Positions 31,033 to 45,736 of a stretch of 64,000 bases of DNA are shown in pieces. The DNA comes from Eledone cirrhosa (lineage: Eukaryota). The notes below the pieces were generated by a model. The model saw nothing but the letters and a program-made list of their open reading frames with translations. It searched no databases and had not been told where the DNA came from. Position numbers and translations under genes: made by a program. The DNA is taken from NCBI GenBank assembly GCA_964016885.1, contig OZ024743.1, positions 24,924,001-24,988,000 on the forward strand. The letters are read 5' to 3'. Positions within the stretch are counted from its first letter, which is position 1; the number at the start of each line of letters is the position of its first letter.

Positions 31033-31899
31033 ATATATATATATATATAAAACTGAAGATGTATGTGTGTGTGTGCGAGTTTGAATCCCTAAAACTCGAG
31101 AAACACCCAACCGACTGTTTTCAAACTTTACACATGTAATACTTATGTTTCAGGGAGTGTTCTGAGCAAAAATATTTCAAATTTTCAATGCCCTAGGGAC
31201 CGCATTAGGCGATTTAGCGATCTCGCTCTATAATTCTTAGTTTTTCTCTTTTTAGATAGATACATACATATAAGGTTGTGCCCTGCATACGTCACTTCCC
31301 TGAGGATGTCTCTCTGTGTGTGAATCCCTAAAACTCGAGAAATACCCAACCGCCTTTTTTCAAACTTTACATGTGTATTACTTATGTTTCAGGGAGTGTT
31401 ATGCATATAACATTGAACTTTTTGATCCCCTAGGGCCCGCATTAGGTGAAAAACTGTGTTTTTTCAGGTTTTTAGGTTTTTTTTGAGGCGTTACGTCAGA
31501 CCGATTTCCTTGAAATTGTAACTATGTATTAGTCAGTCTCTTCTTCATACAGTGAACAAAGAAAATCTAACTTTCTTATGGCCTGGGGCCCGCATTAGGT
31601 GAAAAATTTCATTTTTTCAGCTCTTTAGGGCATTTTTGAGGCGTTACGTCTAGCCGATTTTCCCGAAATTACAAGGCATATTATGCACATAAAAAAAATT
31701 CATTTTCTTGATCCTCTAGGTGAAAACCTGCATTTTTCCTGCTTCATCGAGTAAAATCTTAAAGATTATCCAGCTATCAGAGTATTCGGTTTATTTTCTT
31801 TACATATTGTCCAGGCATGCAGTTTTTCCATGATTAGGTCTGTTGGCGGCCCACGTTCCAAAATACCTTATCCCGTGCAACGCCGGGTACCACTGCTAG
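31033..31899 (+). mobile_element. Non-autonomous Helitron-like element
   Basis: The 5' end reads TATATATAAAACTGAAG followed by (TG)n. Internal direct repeats at about 31082-31210 and 31320-31448. A 3' hairpin CCCGTGCAACGCCGGG is followed by CTAG|T. Confidence 0.75.
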
Positions 31900-32029
31900 T
31901 GATATATAAGGTTGCACTTCAAGTGGGCTTTTTCCATTAATACATTTTCATATTACTCTAAACACACAGCCACATACACACTTATCTATATATATATACA
32001 TATACATATACACACACACACACACACAT

Positions 32030-32064
<35 letters not shown>

Positions 32065-32077
32065 AATATATATAAAT

Positions 32078-32154
<77 letters not shown>

Positions 32155-32464
32155 CATACACACGTATGTATGTTTGTTTTCCGAAGGCGACTCTAAAAAA
32201 TGACTCTTAAATAAGATACTCAATACTCTAGTTGATGAGAGGCATATTCATTTTGTATAGTTATGAATCCTACTGATGATTTCATACTAATGAAACAGTT
32301 CTCGTCCTGTTGACATCATTTGTGTAATATATATTCACATAGATACGTACACACACACGCGCACACACTCACACGCACACACACACACACATATATATAT
32401 GTATATAAATAAATATAATGTATAATCCATACATATATATAATATATATCTATAATATTCATAT

Positions 32465-32575
<111 letters not shown>

Positions 32576-32586
32576 TATATATATAG

Positions 32587-32684
<98 letters not shown>

Positions 32685-32741
32685 ATGAATATAAATATAT
32701 ATATGTATACATATATATATCTGCACACACCCACACACACA

Positions 32742-32777
<36 letters not shown>

Positions 32778-32909
32778 GTATATATATACATATGTATATA
32801 TATATATATACATACATATAAGGATTTTATTCTTCCTTATATATATATAAGTGTGTATGTGTGTGTGTTTGCGTGTGTTTCTGTGTGTGTATATATATAT
32901 ATATATATG

Positions 32910-33018
<109 letters not shown>

Positions 33019-33651
33019 CCCCCCCCCCCACACTCTCAAAAGCGTGAACCTAATAAACTACCATTTGTACAGCCTCTTTTTTTTTTGCTCCTGTCTAATA
33101 TTTAACTATATATACATATATATACATATATATACATATATATACATATATATATATATATAAATAGTTATATTCGACATTTTATATTGTACTCTTGTTT
33201 GTAATCATGTAACTCTTGCTGTATTTTTTTTTCAATCCTGACTGAATATTTCTTTCTTTTGTAGACATATATGATTACCTGATGAATCACTGCTCCCTTT
33301 TAAAGTCAGTAGAATGTGATCTAAGCGAAAGATGTCTGCTTTTTCTAGCATAATGCGATCTCCCATATCTACCTAGTTTTATTGTTGATTCTCACCTGTT
33401 CTGCCATACAACCTATAAACTGTTAATGTGCATGTGAGAATCTGAGTGTACGTATCAGACGAATTGTGTATAAGAATATATGTGCTTGTATATTCCGATC
33501 ATGTGTCTATTTCTAGGTTTATTTCATGTGTAGTTGGTGTGGCAGTCTACCTCTAACACTTAAAAATTATATTGTCCGATATATCCATATTTTTCACCTA
33601 CATGCATACACACATACATAAGTACATATACTTACATTCATATATATATAT

Positions 33652-33732
<81 letters not shown>

Positions 33733-33737
<5 letters not shown>

Positions 33738-33903
33738 CATAGCTCTCTGAGATACAAAGGTCGCAGCCCTTGTGTCCTCAGTTGTAAGAGCGCGCTTTCT
33801 GGAGTACTTTCCATTTAAGCGTGAAGGGGGTGGAGTTCCTTTTGAGGTCCCAAACATAGGAGGCGAGTGTTGTCTGGTTTGATTTGTCCGGTCTTCTGAA
33901 GGA
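33733..33903 (-). pseudogene. Penelope-like element GIY-YIG endonuclease C-terminal remnant
   Basis: Manual translation: SFRRPDKSNQTTLASYVWDLKRNSTPFTLKWKVLQKARSYN*GHKGCDLCISESYEI, matching the T.L..Y.W.LK...KW..L...Y...CxLC..E pattern. Bounded by (TA)n. Confidence 0.75.
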
Positions 33904-33904
33904 G

Positions 33905-33936
<32 letters not shown>

Positions 33937-34048
33937 TTATATATATATACACTTATATGTATTCATCTATATATATATATGTGTGTCTATATATGCGTAT
34001 GAATATATATGTGTATGTACACATATATACATAGATGCGTGAGTACAC

Positions 34049-34099
<51 letters not shown>

Positions 34100-34122
34100 A
34101 GCACACATTCACACACAGACAC

Positions 34123-34191
<69 letters not shown>

Positions 34192-34208
34192 TTATATATA
34201 TATTTATA

Positions 34209-34273
<65 letters not shown>

Positions 34274-34592
34274 TTATATATATATTTATATATTTATATA
34301 TTTATATATTTATATATATATATACACGTATATAATGTATTTCTGGCGATATATGTAACGAAAATAAAATGTGTGCTGATTCTGTTGAAGAAAATTACCT
34401 GTCAATAGTATGAAGGTAGAATATATCATATTTTAAATCCTTAATAGTAATCATAATTATAGGACGTTGGAGAACCGTTTGGGGGTTGGGTAAGATGTTT
34501 TGTGATATTTGTTCCTGTTCTTTGCTATTTCAGTTCAAATCCCACCGAGGACAAGTTTTATTTTCATCCTCCCAGGCTCGATAAAATAAGTA

Positions 34593-34750
34593 CAGACCTC
34601 TTCCCGTCGGACGAGAGATGTCTTCTCTTGTGAAAATTTGTATAGATTTCATTATGTAAAATCTCCCCTTTTTGCCTCATTTCTCCCTGTTTTGGGGCAC
34701 TTTTTTTTCATGGTACTTCACATTTGGGTTTTTTGAGGTTGGCAGGTCTG
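34593..34750. mobile_element. MITE with CAGACC...GGTCTG termini and 6-bp TSD (TAAGTA), inserted in a SINE
   Basis: TSD at 34587-34592 and 34751-34756. It splits the SINE motif CGATAAAATAAGTA|CCA. Homologous to 53136-53330. Confidence 0.8.
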
Positions 34751-34849
34751 TAAGTACCAACAAATACTGTGGTTGATATCATTGACTTTCTCCTTTCAAG
34801 AAGAAGAAGAAGAAGAAGAAGAAGAAGAAGAAGAAGAAGAAAAAGAAGA

Positions 34850-35230
34850 CCGGAATGACTATCTCAGAGGATTCCATTCGACACCTTAACTCCAGCTAAC
34901 CTGTCGCAGTCGGGGCATAAACAGCCTCCAGTCTGAAAACAACACCATCGTTCCCATTCACATCCAGGTCCGCAAACGCTCCATCCATGTACAGGAAGAT
35001 TATCTGTACCTCGAGATCCAGGCCTTTCCTAAACCCTACTGCCTCCCATTTCAGGTCGACTAAGAGATACGTAGATCTCAAAGTTACCAACAAATGAGGC
35101 TAGTGCGCCTGTGTCATAAATCCTTGTCTCGCTGACGGCTGTCAGTAGCTATGAAGCTACTGATGTGAGGTCGTTGAGCAAGCGACCTTACTTTCAGGAC
35201 AACCCAACCAATCTACTTTAAAAATAGTCA
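34850..35230 (-). pseudogene. Degraded APE-type endonuclease fragment of a Tx1/L1-like LINE
   Basis: GRLLNDL..., AVSET and LDVNGNDGVVFRLEAVYAPT resemble LINE endonuclease N-terminal motifs. It abuts an (AAG)n tract. Confidence 0.6.
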
Positions 35231-35289
35231 TGTTAATCAGAAAGAGTTAGGAGAAAAGAAAAAGGGGCTACGTACTCTCCCGGTGTTAT

Positions 35290-35610
35290 TGGAGATCGAG
35301 TGGTTCGATCTACATATCTACAAAGTCAGAAAACAGCACAGCTGCCATGACTTTCGGAAACACTTTTTCACGCTCAGAGTTGCTGAAGCATAGAACAAAC
35401 TACCTGCATCAGTTGTTAGCTGGCGAGACACTGCATCCTTTAAAACCTCCATGCTTCCTGAGATTCGCCAACACTACACCTAATATCCCCCCTCCATACA
35501 CACGAACACATGTATATCATGACTCATACACTATTCACTTCCCTGACATTTGTATACTATTCTATGTAGTTGTAGTGCACCTGAGCACTGTACACAATAA
35601 TTTCATTATT
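35290..35610 (+). mobile_element. CR1/L2-like LINE 3' end relic
   Basis: RKHFFTLRVAEA*NKLPASVVSWRDTASFK resembles the CR1 C-terminal FF..RV...WN.LP..VV...SFK motif. Ends in (ATT)n. Confidence 0.55.
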
Positions 35611-36569
35611 ATTATTATTATAGTTGTGGTACCTTTGGGAACTCTATTAAAAACTTACGGGGGATTTTACATTAGAAATTCCCATGTTCATGTTGGGAGC
35701 CCTCCCTCGAGATTTTATAAAATTGTAGATATATTCGTAGCCTTTTCAGTGTTTGTGAGGGGTTGCAGATGTGTCTGTATTTGGGGCGAGTGTGTTCTCC
35801 GTATATTTTTTGAGTTTGTGTTTAGGTGAGGCAAAATGCTTCTCTGAACAACTATTATATCATTTTATGGTGATTTGGAGGGTCCCCCCTCCTCTTCAGA
35901 GCGAGATGAGGAAACAATTTTCTGATACTGAACAAGTGCGTAAAGAACAGTTTCGTCGATATATGACGAAAGATAAGCCTGGTTGGTGTCACCTCCGTAT
36001 CTAAAGAGTTTGTCTCCAGCTGTTAATACCCCCATCTCCTTAGTTCTGTAAGTTTTCTGGAACTTATCTACAATTCCCGGTTCGAATAGAACAGAGTAGC
36101 AAGTTGGCCCAGTGTTTGCTCGTTAATATCATCCCTCTTCCCAGCATCAATACATACATACATGATGGCTGCCCCCTCGTTATCGAGTATGGCCATTGCA
36201 CGATATACCGTTATTAAGAATTATTAATTAATTCTATTGTGCAATGCCTGTGCGTGAAGATATTTTTTAAAGTAAGGAAAGACTGTGCACTGAGCCAATC
36301 CCATTGTCTGAGCGACAGTAGCTATAACCCGAAAAGAAGAAAAGATCAGCATCATCGGTAACTACTGAGCCGCAGGTTTTATATCGGAGTTATCCCAGTT
36401 TCCTGAGTTGCCTTCTCCTAGAAGAATGCCCTGACAAAGACTAGGGGTCCTTCACTCCCAGTGGTTTAACCGCGCGATCGGGTGTCCAGCCCGACTATTT
36501 CTATGTCCCCGCGCATATACATACACATGCACCCATGTATATACACACATACATACATACATACATACA

Positions 36570-36601
<32 letters not shown>

Positions 36602-36610
36602 CACATATAT

Positions 36611-36719
<109 letters not shown>

Positions 36720-36921
36720 GACAGTATATGTCATATAAGCAGTACAAACACGTATATATTTCATTATATAAATAAATGAGAAATTTAATAGAAGTATCAA
36801 AATTATGTCGGAATCTTATTGATAAATTTCATACACGAATCTATTTATTCAATTTTCTATTTTGGTAACGTAACACGGTGAAACATATTTACATATTGAC
36901 GTGTTGAAATCACTATCTTTC

Positions 36922-37005
<84 letters not shown>

Positions 37006-37619
37006 CCCACATCGCTATGTATGTATGTAAGTATGCATGTATGTATGCATGTATGTATGTATATATGTAAGTATGCATGTATGTATGTATGCATGTATGT
37101 ATGTTTGTATGTATGTATGTAGGTAGGTAGGTAGGTCGGTAGGTAGGTAGGTAGGTATGCGTGTATGTATGTATATATTTATGCATACATATATGCATAT
37201 ATACATATAATACATATATGGCTGAGTGGATGGATGCTAGAACGATTAAGATGGCCGCTTTGCTGAGATAGCTGTTTCGATTCCACTTTGAAGAACCTTG
37301 GCCAAGTAGTTTTCCATAGCCTTGAGCTATCCCATGTCTTTTGCTTGGAATCGGTGGACGGAAACTATTCCAAAGACCCACCAAATTATCTGTAACTTTA
37401 TTTCAAGGGCTACTCTTGTCACACACAGCATCATACTAATTCTAACTGAGAGTAACGTTAACGGTACTCTACCAGATTCAATAGCTAGGCAGGTTCTTTG
37501 ATCAAACAATTAAAATATTTATTGTCGAAATAGACCGAAATACATTTAATTTTCTCTCTTTCAATTCGTTTTTCTCTATTCTTTCTTCTTCTCCTCCTCC
37601 CCCATATATATATATGAGC

Positions 37620-38152
37620 AATAGAACTAGAGGCGGGAGGGCCTTACCCCCCCACATAATTATATTTTTCTCCCCAAACTACCAAAACACACATCTATTT
37701 GTATATGCACTACAATTTATGTACATGTTATCTCAAGATAGATACATATATATTTAGTGGAGAGTTTCGTGGCAATTGATATAGAGAGGAAGGTTAGGAG
37801 AGTGTGTTGTATATTAGATATAGAGAAGAGGAGAGATTGATGTTTATTGATATAGAGAGAGGAGGATTAGAAGAAAGTTCTATGAGGTAGATATAGATAG
37901 GGGATTTGAAAAGAGTTCCATGTAGTAGAAATACAGAGGGGGGGGGGGGGAGTTTGGTGTTAATTGATATAGGGAGGGTGATTGGAAGAGGTTTCCGTGA
38001 AGTAGATATAGAGAGGGGTAGAGTTTGGTGTTAATTGATATAGTGAGGGGTATTGGAAGAAAGTTTTGTTAGTAGATATTGAGAGGGGGAAGAGTTTGGT
38101 GTTAATTGATATAGAGAGGGAGATTGGAAGAGAGTTCCATGTAGTAGATATA
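37620..38152. mobile_element. Second (inverted) copy of the repeat at 2807-3133, with about 60-bp internal subrepeats
   Basis: GAGTTTGGTGTTAATTGATATAG occurs three times. Reverse-complement homology to 2807-3110. Confidence 0.65.
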
Positions 38153-38154
38153 TC

Positions 38155-39490
38155 GGGCTGACTCGTGCGTGCCGGGGTGCTTGCTTCTCTGGAAAGGCAC
38201 CTAAGCCACAGCAATCTGGATTGATAATGCCAATTTTTATAAAGGGAGACAAAAGTGATTGTTTCAATCACAGAAGGATTTCCTTGTTTAGCCTGCCCGG
38301 TTAAATCTATGGTACGTGTCTGGTAAATAGATGCTGGGAGATTATCGAGTTCAAGTTAGCTGATAAACAGTATAGTTTTCGCCCCGGTCGCAACACAGCC
38401 GACCAAATATTCACACTGCGGCAGGTCTTCCAGAATTTGTGGGAGTAATGCCAAATTGTATATTCTTGTTTTCTAGACCTCTAAATGGCATAAGATTACG
38501 TTTTTCGAGGCCTGTTGTGGACGGTTGTGCGGGATTATGGGATGGATTGTCAGCCTCTTGTTGCTCTGATGTCTCTACACCACAGGTTCTCAACCTATTT
38601 AGGCCAAACGCCCCCTTTTGTCCCTCGCTCGAAATCACGAAACGCCCCCCCCCCCGCCACCCTATTTTTTCATTTTTCAATATACTACTGATTTTTATAT
38701 CAGTAGATTACTAAAAAATCGATTAACAATATTCCAAAGATGTGTGTATTATCTGATTATGTGCTGCATGTGGTCCTAGATGTGTGTATTATCTGATTAT
38801 GTGTTGTATGTGGTCCTAGATGTGTGTGCTACTCGCTTCTGTTTTTTTCTTTTCTTTTTTTTATTTGTAATATTATTTATACAATAGGGAATAAAATAGA
38901 TCTAAATAGTGTTAACTCGTTACGGTTGAGTCAATAATTTCAGACATGAAATACATTGTTATCGGTGAAGGAAAGATAAGATTCTAACTGGCTGCGCTCA
39001 AAGTGTCTTTGACTAAGTTGACTGTGGGTTTTTCCATTTTTAGGATCTCAATTACCGGTTAACGTCTCGATTACTGGACATGCCTGCACACCTGCTCACA
39101 GCTGCGGTCAGACTATAGTTATGCTGTCTGCAAGCTCATTCAAATGCATTCACACTAGCTGTCTCAAAGACATACAAATATGGCTTATAGAACTTACCAA
39201 AATAAAGAGCCTTCCAGCGCCTCCTGACCCCCCTCCCCCGCTCCAAACGCCCTCCCTAACGCGACCTTGCTCCCAAACGCCCCCCCCCCGGAGTTCCGAA
39301 ACGCCCCCCGGGGGTGCATATGCCCTCCGTTGAGAACCTTTGCTCTACACGAATACCCGAGTATTTGTGTTCGGATAAATTGTGCTAAATCGAAACCATT
39401 CAATCTGGGAGTTAGTATCTGCCAAGGGTGCGTACGATCACCTCTCCTATTCATTATTTTCATGTGATAATCTTGTGATAATCTCGTGTT
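38155..39490 (+). pseudogene. RTE-clade RT relic split by a hAT element
   Basis: GLIMPIFIKGDKSDCFNHRRISLFSLPG and QYSFRPGRNTADQIFTLRQV lie before the insertion. CVRINCAKSKPFNLGVSICQGCVRSPLLFIIFM lies after it. Confidence 0.8.
38581..39342. mobile_element. Non-autonomous hAT (Charlie-like) DNA transposon, 762 bp
   Basis: TIRs CACAGGTTCTCAAC / GTTGAGAACCTTTG. Perfect 8-bp TSD CTCTACAC at 38573-38580 and 39343-39350. Confidence 0.88.
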
Positions 39491-39710
39491 GTTCACTTTC
39501 TAATTAAATAGCTCTGTTTTATACATAGAGCACTCTTTTTTCCTTTGCTTTTTCTTCGGAAATACTTAACACACACACACATATATATGTATATATATGT
39601 CAAAGGTATATATTTAATTAGAAACTCAAAATTGTCTCTTACAATTAAATAGCTCAAGTAGCTCAAGGATAGAGATTTTTCCGAGCCATATACTATAATT
39701 GAATATAAAA

Positions 39711-39912
39711 GAGCGATAAACACAGATATATACATATATGTGTTCAAATCGTAAGGGACCAGATTCGATAGAGTGAAAAAAATACTAACTATGAACAATA
39801 GGGTTTCCAAGACTCAATTTAAAAGTATAAATCAAGAAAATAAATACAAACCTATCGAATCTGGTCCCTTACGATTTGAACACATATATGTATATATCTG
39901 TGTCTATCTCTC
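39711..39912. repeat. About 60-bp inverted repeat with about 80-bp spacer
   Basis: CACAGATATATACATATATGTGTTCAAATCGTAAGGGACCAGATTCGATAG and its reverse complement. Confidence 0.85.
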
Positions 39913-40002
39913 TTTTATATATATAATTGGTGTTGGATGCTTAAAGCGCCCGTATGCGGTAGGCCGTATAAGCACCCGATGCCCTCGTAGCGCAGAGTAT
40001 GA

Positions 40003-40223
40003 TATCACAGAAAAAAGAGAATCAGTGTTGCGACGAAAATAATTTATTGGACATATTACAATTGTTTCTCGGGCGACAAGCTCGAGGCACAATCGATGTG
40101 GTGATCACAACCTGACTCTGAAATCGCGCAGTCCTCGCATACGTCTCCATTCTACGAAGCAGATTTCTGCTTATATGTCCAATAAATTCTTTTCGTCGCA
40201 ACACTGATTCTCTTTTTTCTGTG

Positions 40224-40227
<4 letters not shown>
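40003..40227. repeat. About 55-bp inverted repeat with about 115-bp GC-richer spacer, ending at (TA)n
   Basis: TATCACAGAAAAAAGAGAATCAGTGTTGCGACGAAAA..ATTTATTGGACATA and its reverse complement. Confidence 0.85.
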
Positions 40228-40283
<56 letters not shown>

Positions 40284-40600
40284 GTTTGTGTATGTAGGAG
40301 TTTACTCTATACAAATATGAATTTATATATATTTGTGGAAAAGTCAGTTCTCTTCTTTCTCTTTCAGCGCATCTCTTTAAAAAGATTCTCTAAACTGAGA
40401 TGCCCCTCATCATATATACATATGTTAACCATTCATATATAAAAGTGAATAAATAGGGAACATTGAATACTGTCATGGCGTGATCAATCTAGAATTAGAA
40501 TGTTTGGATATAAAGAAAAATACAAACACTTGAACATATACACTCACAAACACGCGCGCGGTCAAATACAAAAATGCCCATACATACATACATACATACA

Positions 40601-40632
<32 letters not shown>

Positions 40633-40643
40633 AACATACATGA

Positions 40644-40699
<56 letters not shown>

Positions 40700-40722
40700 A
40701 CACACAATTATATACATATGTA

Positions 40723-40769
<47 letters not shown>

Positions 40770-40816
40770 GTGTGTGCGTGTGTGTATATATGTGTGTATA
40801 TGTATATATGTATGTA

Positions 40817-40877
<61 letters not shown>

Positions 40878-41030
40878 ATATATATATATGTATATGTGTG
40901 TGCGTGTGTGTGTATGTATGTATATATATATTAATAAATATATATATATATAAATCTATGAATTCACCCACAGATGCCTGTAAACATACATACGTATACA
41001 CAAACACCCACGCGCACATATATACATATG

Positions 41031-41111
<81 letters not shown>

Positions 41112-41638
41112 TCACTTATATGTATATATGTTACAAAATGTGATAATCATACGCTCTCATTACCATATTATTATTATTATCATTATTATTATTATTTATT
41201 ATTTATTATTATTATTACTATTATTATTATTAACATTACTGCATAACACATCAAACAATCTGTGGGCCGTTTGCAGGCTAATCTAATACAGTAAATATTA
41301 TTTGTTGATGAAAGCTTATTGAATAATTAAATGTCTCTTGAGATTGGCTATTTCTGTTTAATAAAGCAATCAATGCTTGTTGGCAGATATATTACTCTCT
41401 TTTTTTCTACCTACGTTTGTTTTCTGTATAAATTCACTTTCTCTTTTTCTTTCAATTATTGTTTGCTATTTATGGTTTGTGGATGGTTTTGGTTGTTGTT
41501 GTTGTTGGTGGTGGAGGTGGTGGTGATGGTGGTGGTGGTGGCGTGTGATGGTTTTCGACTATTGTTTCGTGATGATGTTGTTGTTGTGGTTTTTGGTTTG
41601 CTGTTCCCTTCTTTGTTTTCGTTAATCTAATATATATG

Positions 41639-41730
<92 letters not shown>

Positions 41731-41921
41731 CATATACATACATACGTACATATATATATATATATATACACACATATATATATATATATACATATACATA
41801 CATACACATATATATATATATATATATATAAATACATATATATATATATATATATGCGTGTGTAAAAAAAGAGGAAGAAAGAGAATGGTAGAGATAGATA
41901 GATAGAGAGATAGAGAGATAG

Positions 41922-41963
<42 letters not shown>

Positions 41964-42185
41964 GGAGAGAGAGAGAGAGGGGGGGAGGGAGAGAGAGATA
42001 TGTATAAATTTTAGATGTTACCAAATATATACATACATTTATAGTTTATTTATAGTTTATGTTTACATTATATATACACTCACATGAAGGCGGTATTCTG
42101 ATATGGCTTTGGTCGTCATGGCTGAAAGAAAAGACCTAAACAACATTTAAACTTGTATTTAAAAACATTATACACACACATACAC

Positions 42186-42267
<82 letters not shown>

Positions 42268-42270
42268 GTA

Positions 42271-42302
<32 letters not shown>

Positions 42303-42584
42303 CATAGCACATTGAGTTTAAATATTCTCACATGAGATTTCATTTCAAGGAACTCTATGTGTATGATTTTTTAAATATAAAATTAAGCACACAAGTGCAT
42401 TTTCTCAATCAATTTTCTCCGTTCCTTCTTCTTCTCTGTCTTTTTATTTCTCATTCTACATCGTGATGAAGTACTACTGTCCGAAACGTATAGAGTCTTT
42501 TTTATCTCTATGTCAAGCGTTAAACTTATCTATTGTTCTTTGCTGTTATTTCCGTTTACTTTTTGCATACATAATATTTGTATG

Positions 42585-42639
<55 letters not shown>

Positions 42640-42641
42640 TG

Positions 42642-42728
<87 letters not shown>

Positions 42729-42760
42729 ATATTTATGTATACATATATATATATATATAT

Positions 42761-43298
42761 AAAATATAATATGTTGAGAAGGTAACACACCAGAGAGAGA
42801 TATATAGTGCGTTATCAATAATACACGGAAAAAACCTAGCAGTTCGTCTCTCAGAGGCCACTGGTTCACTGCCCTTAAACACGCTGTGACTTCTCTCTCC
42901 CACGTGTAGCTGGACAGTCAATTGTAAAATTCTCTTAGTGTTGTCTGAAATGTATAGCCTTACACACGCTGATGAACCGAGACTAACATTTCTTTCAACA
43001 AATTTTCTGGCGAAACATATCTCTGGATTTGTACGTGTGTTATATAGTTATAGAGGTATTTATTTACGCTTTAATTTATATTTTTAATTATCGTGTCTAT
43101 AGTCTGCCTTTCATAGGTTATAGATTCCATACACTGGTGGTTTTTTCCCTGTATTATTGATAACGCACTATATATCTCTCTCTGGTGTGTTACCTTCTCA
43201 ACATATTATATTCTAAAGGGCTCAGGATCTCTTCCCCTTTGAGCACATTATTTACAGGGAATAACGACGGCCTATGCCTCCGTTAATTTATCGTGGTA
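42761..43298. mobile_element. Penelope-like pLTR remnant with inverted 5' segment, in (TA)n
   Basis: Inverted repeat about 42762-42835 / 43140-43212, with a hammerhead in the spacer and about 85 bp 3' extension. Confidence 0.8.
42962..43040 (+). ncRNA. Type I hammerhead ribozyme
   Basis: Helix I ACACACG/CGTGTGT (7 bp), core CTGATGA, weak helix II, then GAAACATAT..ATTTGTA with a GUA cleavage triplet at 43031-43033. Confidence 0.75.
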
Positions 43299-43333
43299 TA
43301 TATATATATATATATATATATGAGGGTGTTAAA

Positions 43334-43392
<59 letters not shown>

Positions 43393-43740
43393 TAAATAGT
43401 GTTTTTACTGACTGACCCGGTTATTGATTTGTTTAATATTAGCTGTATTAAATTTTATTGATGACCATAATTAATTTGTGGTATATATCAATAATTTTGA
43501 TGTCTTTATTTATTGGGCGTTCGGTTGTTGATTATATTAATCTTTGTTGATAACCCTAAGAGTGTGTTTAATATTGGTATTGCATTACTGACTCCGTAGA
43601 GAAATAATCTGCTATTAGAATAGAGTAAGAAAGTAAGTTTCGCAGTAGTGAGTGTTACAGTACCATACATGTGAAAAGCACCCCGTGGTATTGTGATTTG
43701 TGATTTCGTAAACCTACTAGTTTATATATATATATATATA

Positions 43741-44052
<312 letters not shown>

Positions 44053-44519
44053 GTAGAGAGTAATGGCCCGACGGCTGAGCTCTTGCCGTTTCGACATACA
44101 CACACACATATATATCACGAAAATCCTTATACCCACTATGTAACGTATTGTGTCTACTTTGACATGCACATTCGTATCTAAAACATACGTGTTTTGTAAA
44201 ATGATTGAGTGAAGGAAAAACAGTGATCCTAGGTGATATCAAATATTATCGAACAGCAAACATTTAGTTGAACAGCACTGCTCTCAGGGAATACGAAGCG
44301 ATAAGAGGAGCAAAATTAGCCAGGAAATGTCAGTGGCCCTGTGGCACACTACCTGGGGAAGAAAGTCTAATAATATCACTGAAAGTCACAATAAAAGCGG
44401 TGGTAGAAATAATAACACCTATGGCAGTAGCATGAACAACAACAGCAACAACAAATACAACGACAACGAAAGCAACAGAACGATAAATTAAACCAAAGAA
44501 CCCAAACAATTTTAAATAG

Positions 44520-44820
44520 GACCAATGTGGTTAAAAACAATCGCTGGACAGATTTTACGGGCCAAACCAACCGGCAAAAGACCCAGGAGTAGACCCCGAG
44601 CAAGATGGTTGGATTACATTCATGAGCTTGGCTGGTCACACTTGGAGATCCAGCCCGATCAGTTGGAGACGGTTGCTTGTGACAGGACTCGCTGGAAGGA
44701 GTGTTTGAGGACTCTGCACGCATGACCTTCTCAGGAATAAATGGGCGAAGAAGCGACACCATCAGCACTATTACCAAGAAGAAGAAGAAGAAGAAGAAGA
44801 AGAAGAAGAAGAAGAAGAAG
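44520..44820 (+). mobile_element. RTE-clade LINE 3' fragment with (AAG)n tail
   Basis: QILRAKPTGKRPRSRPRARWLDYIHELGWSHLEIQPDQLETVACDRTRWK. Confidence 0.8.
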
Positions 44821-45260
44821 GAAAACAACGACGATATCGACGACAGAAGCAACAACAACCCAATATCAGCAGCATAAAAAAACAATAACAACAACAACAG
44901 CATCATCATCATCATAAAAAAAGATAACAGCATCAACAACAACAATAACATCAACAACAGTATCAGCAGCGACAGAAAAAGTAGCAACAACAATAACAAA
45001 AACAAGATCGAAACATTCACCACGCCTGCAACAGAAAACATTGACTTCAGCAACAACAAGGACGACAATAACACAAGAAGTAACAACAGCGACCCAACCG
45101 TAACCGATTTAACAGACGACAACGTGATTAACAACATTAACAATATTTTTTTCTCATCTACAGCAGCAAAAATATCGGCAGGACTCTTTAAAACCTCCTT
45201 CATCAACAAGGATCCGTTATGACATAGGCGACCATATTGATTAAAATAGAAGGAAGATAC

Positions 45261-45291
<31 letters not shown>

Positions 45292-45294
<3 letters not shown>

Positions 45295-45736
45295 GAAGTT
45301 CTATTTAAATTGTTGGGATACAACAAGCAAATATTTTTATAACTGATATAAAGCACTCAACAAATAATTGGAGTAAAAATACGATATTAACAAATGGAAA
45401 CTATATTTATAAAACCAGATTTATTTCATTATACATATTTCAAGGACACCAAGTTAAATTATGGTGTACTTTCATCAGATAAAATATAATATAGACCAGT
45501 TTTATAAATAAATAGTGACATACCCTTAAAGAATGCAACCATTACTGTTGGAAGCTCCCGGGAGCTTCCAACAGTAATGGTTGCATTCTTTAAGGGTATG
45601 TCACTATTTATTTATAAAACTGGTCTATATTATATTTTATCTGATGAAAGTACACCATAATTTAACTTGGTGTCCTTGAAATATGTATAATGAAATAAAT
45701 CTGGTTTTATAAATATAGTTTCCATTTGTTAATATC

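Noticed and set aside
32268-32312. CTGATGA...GAAAC...GTC motif
   Set aside because: Helix I and helix II pairing are not credible.
33270-33340. CTGATGA-ATCAC...GTGAT...CGAAAG motif
   Set aside because: Six extra nucleotides separate the stem from GAAA and there is no helix I partner. At best a decayed relic.
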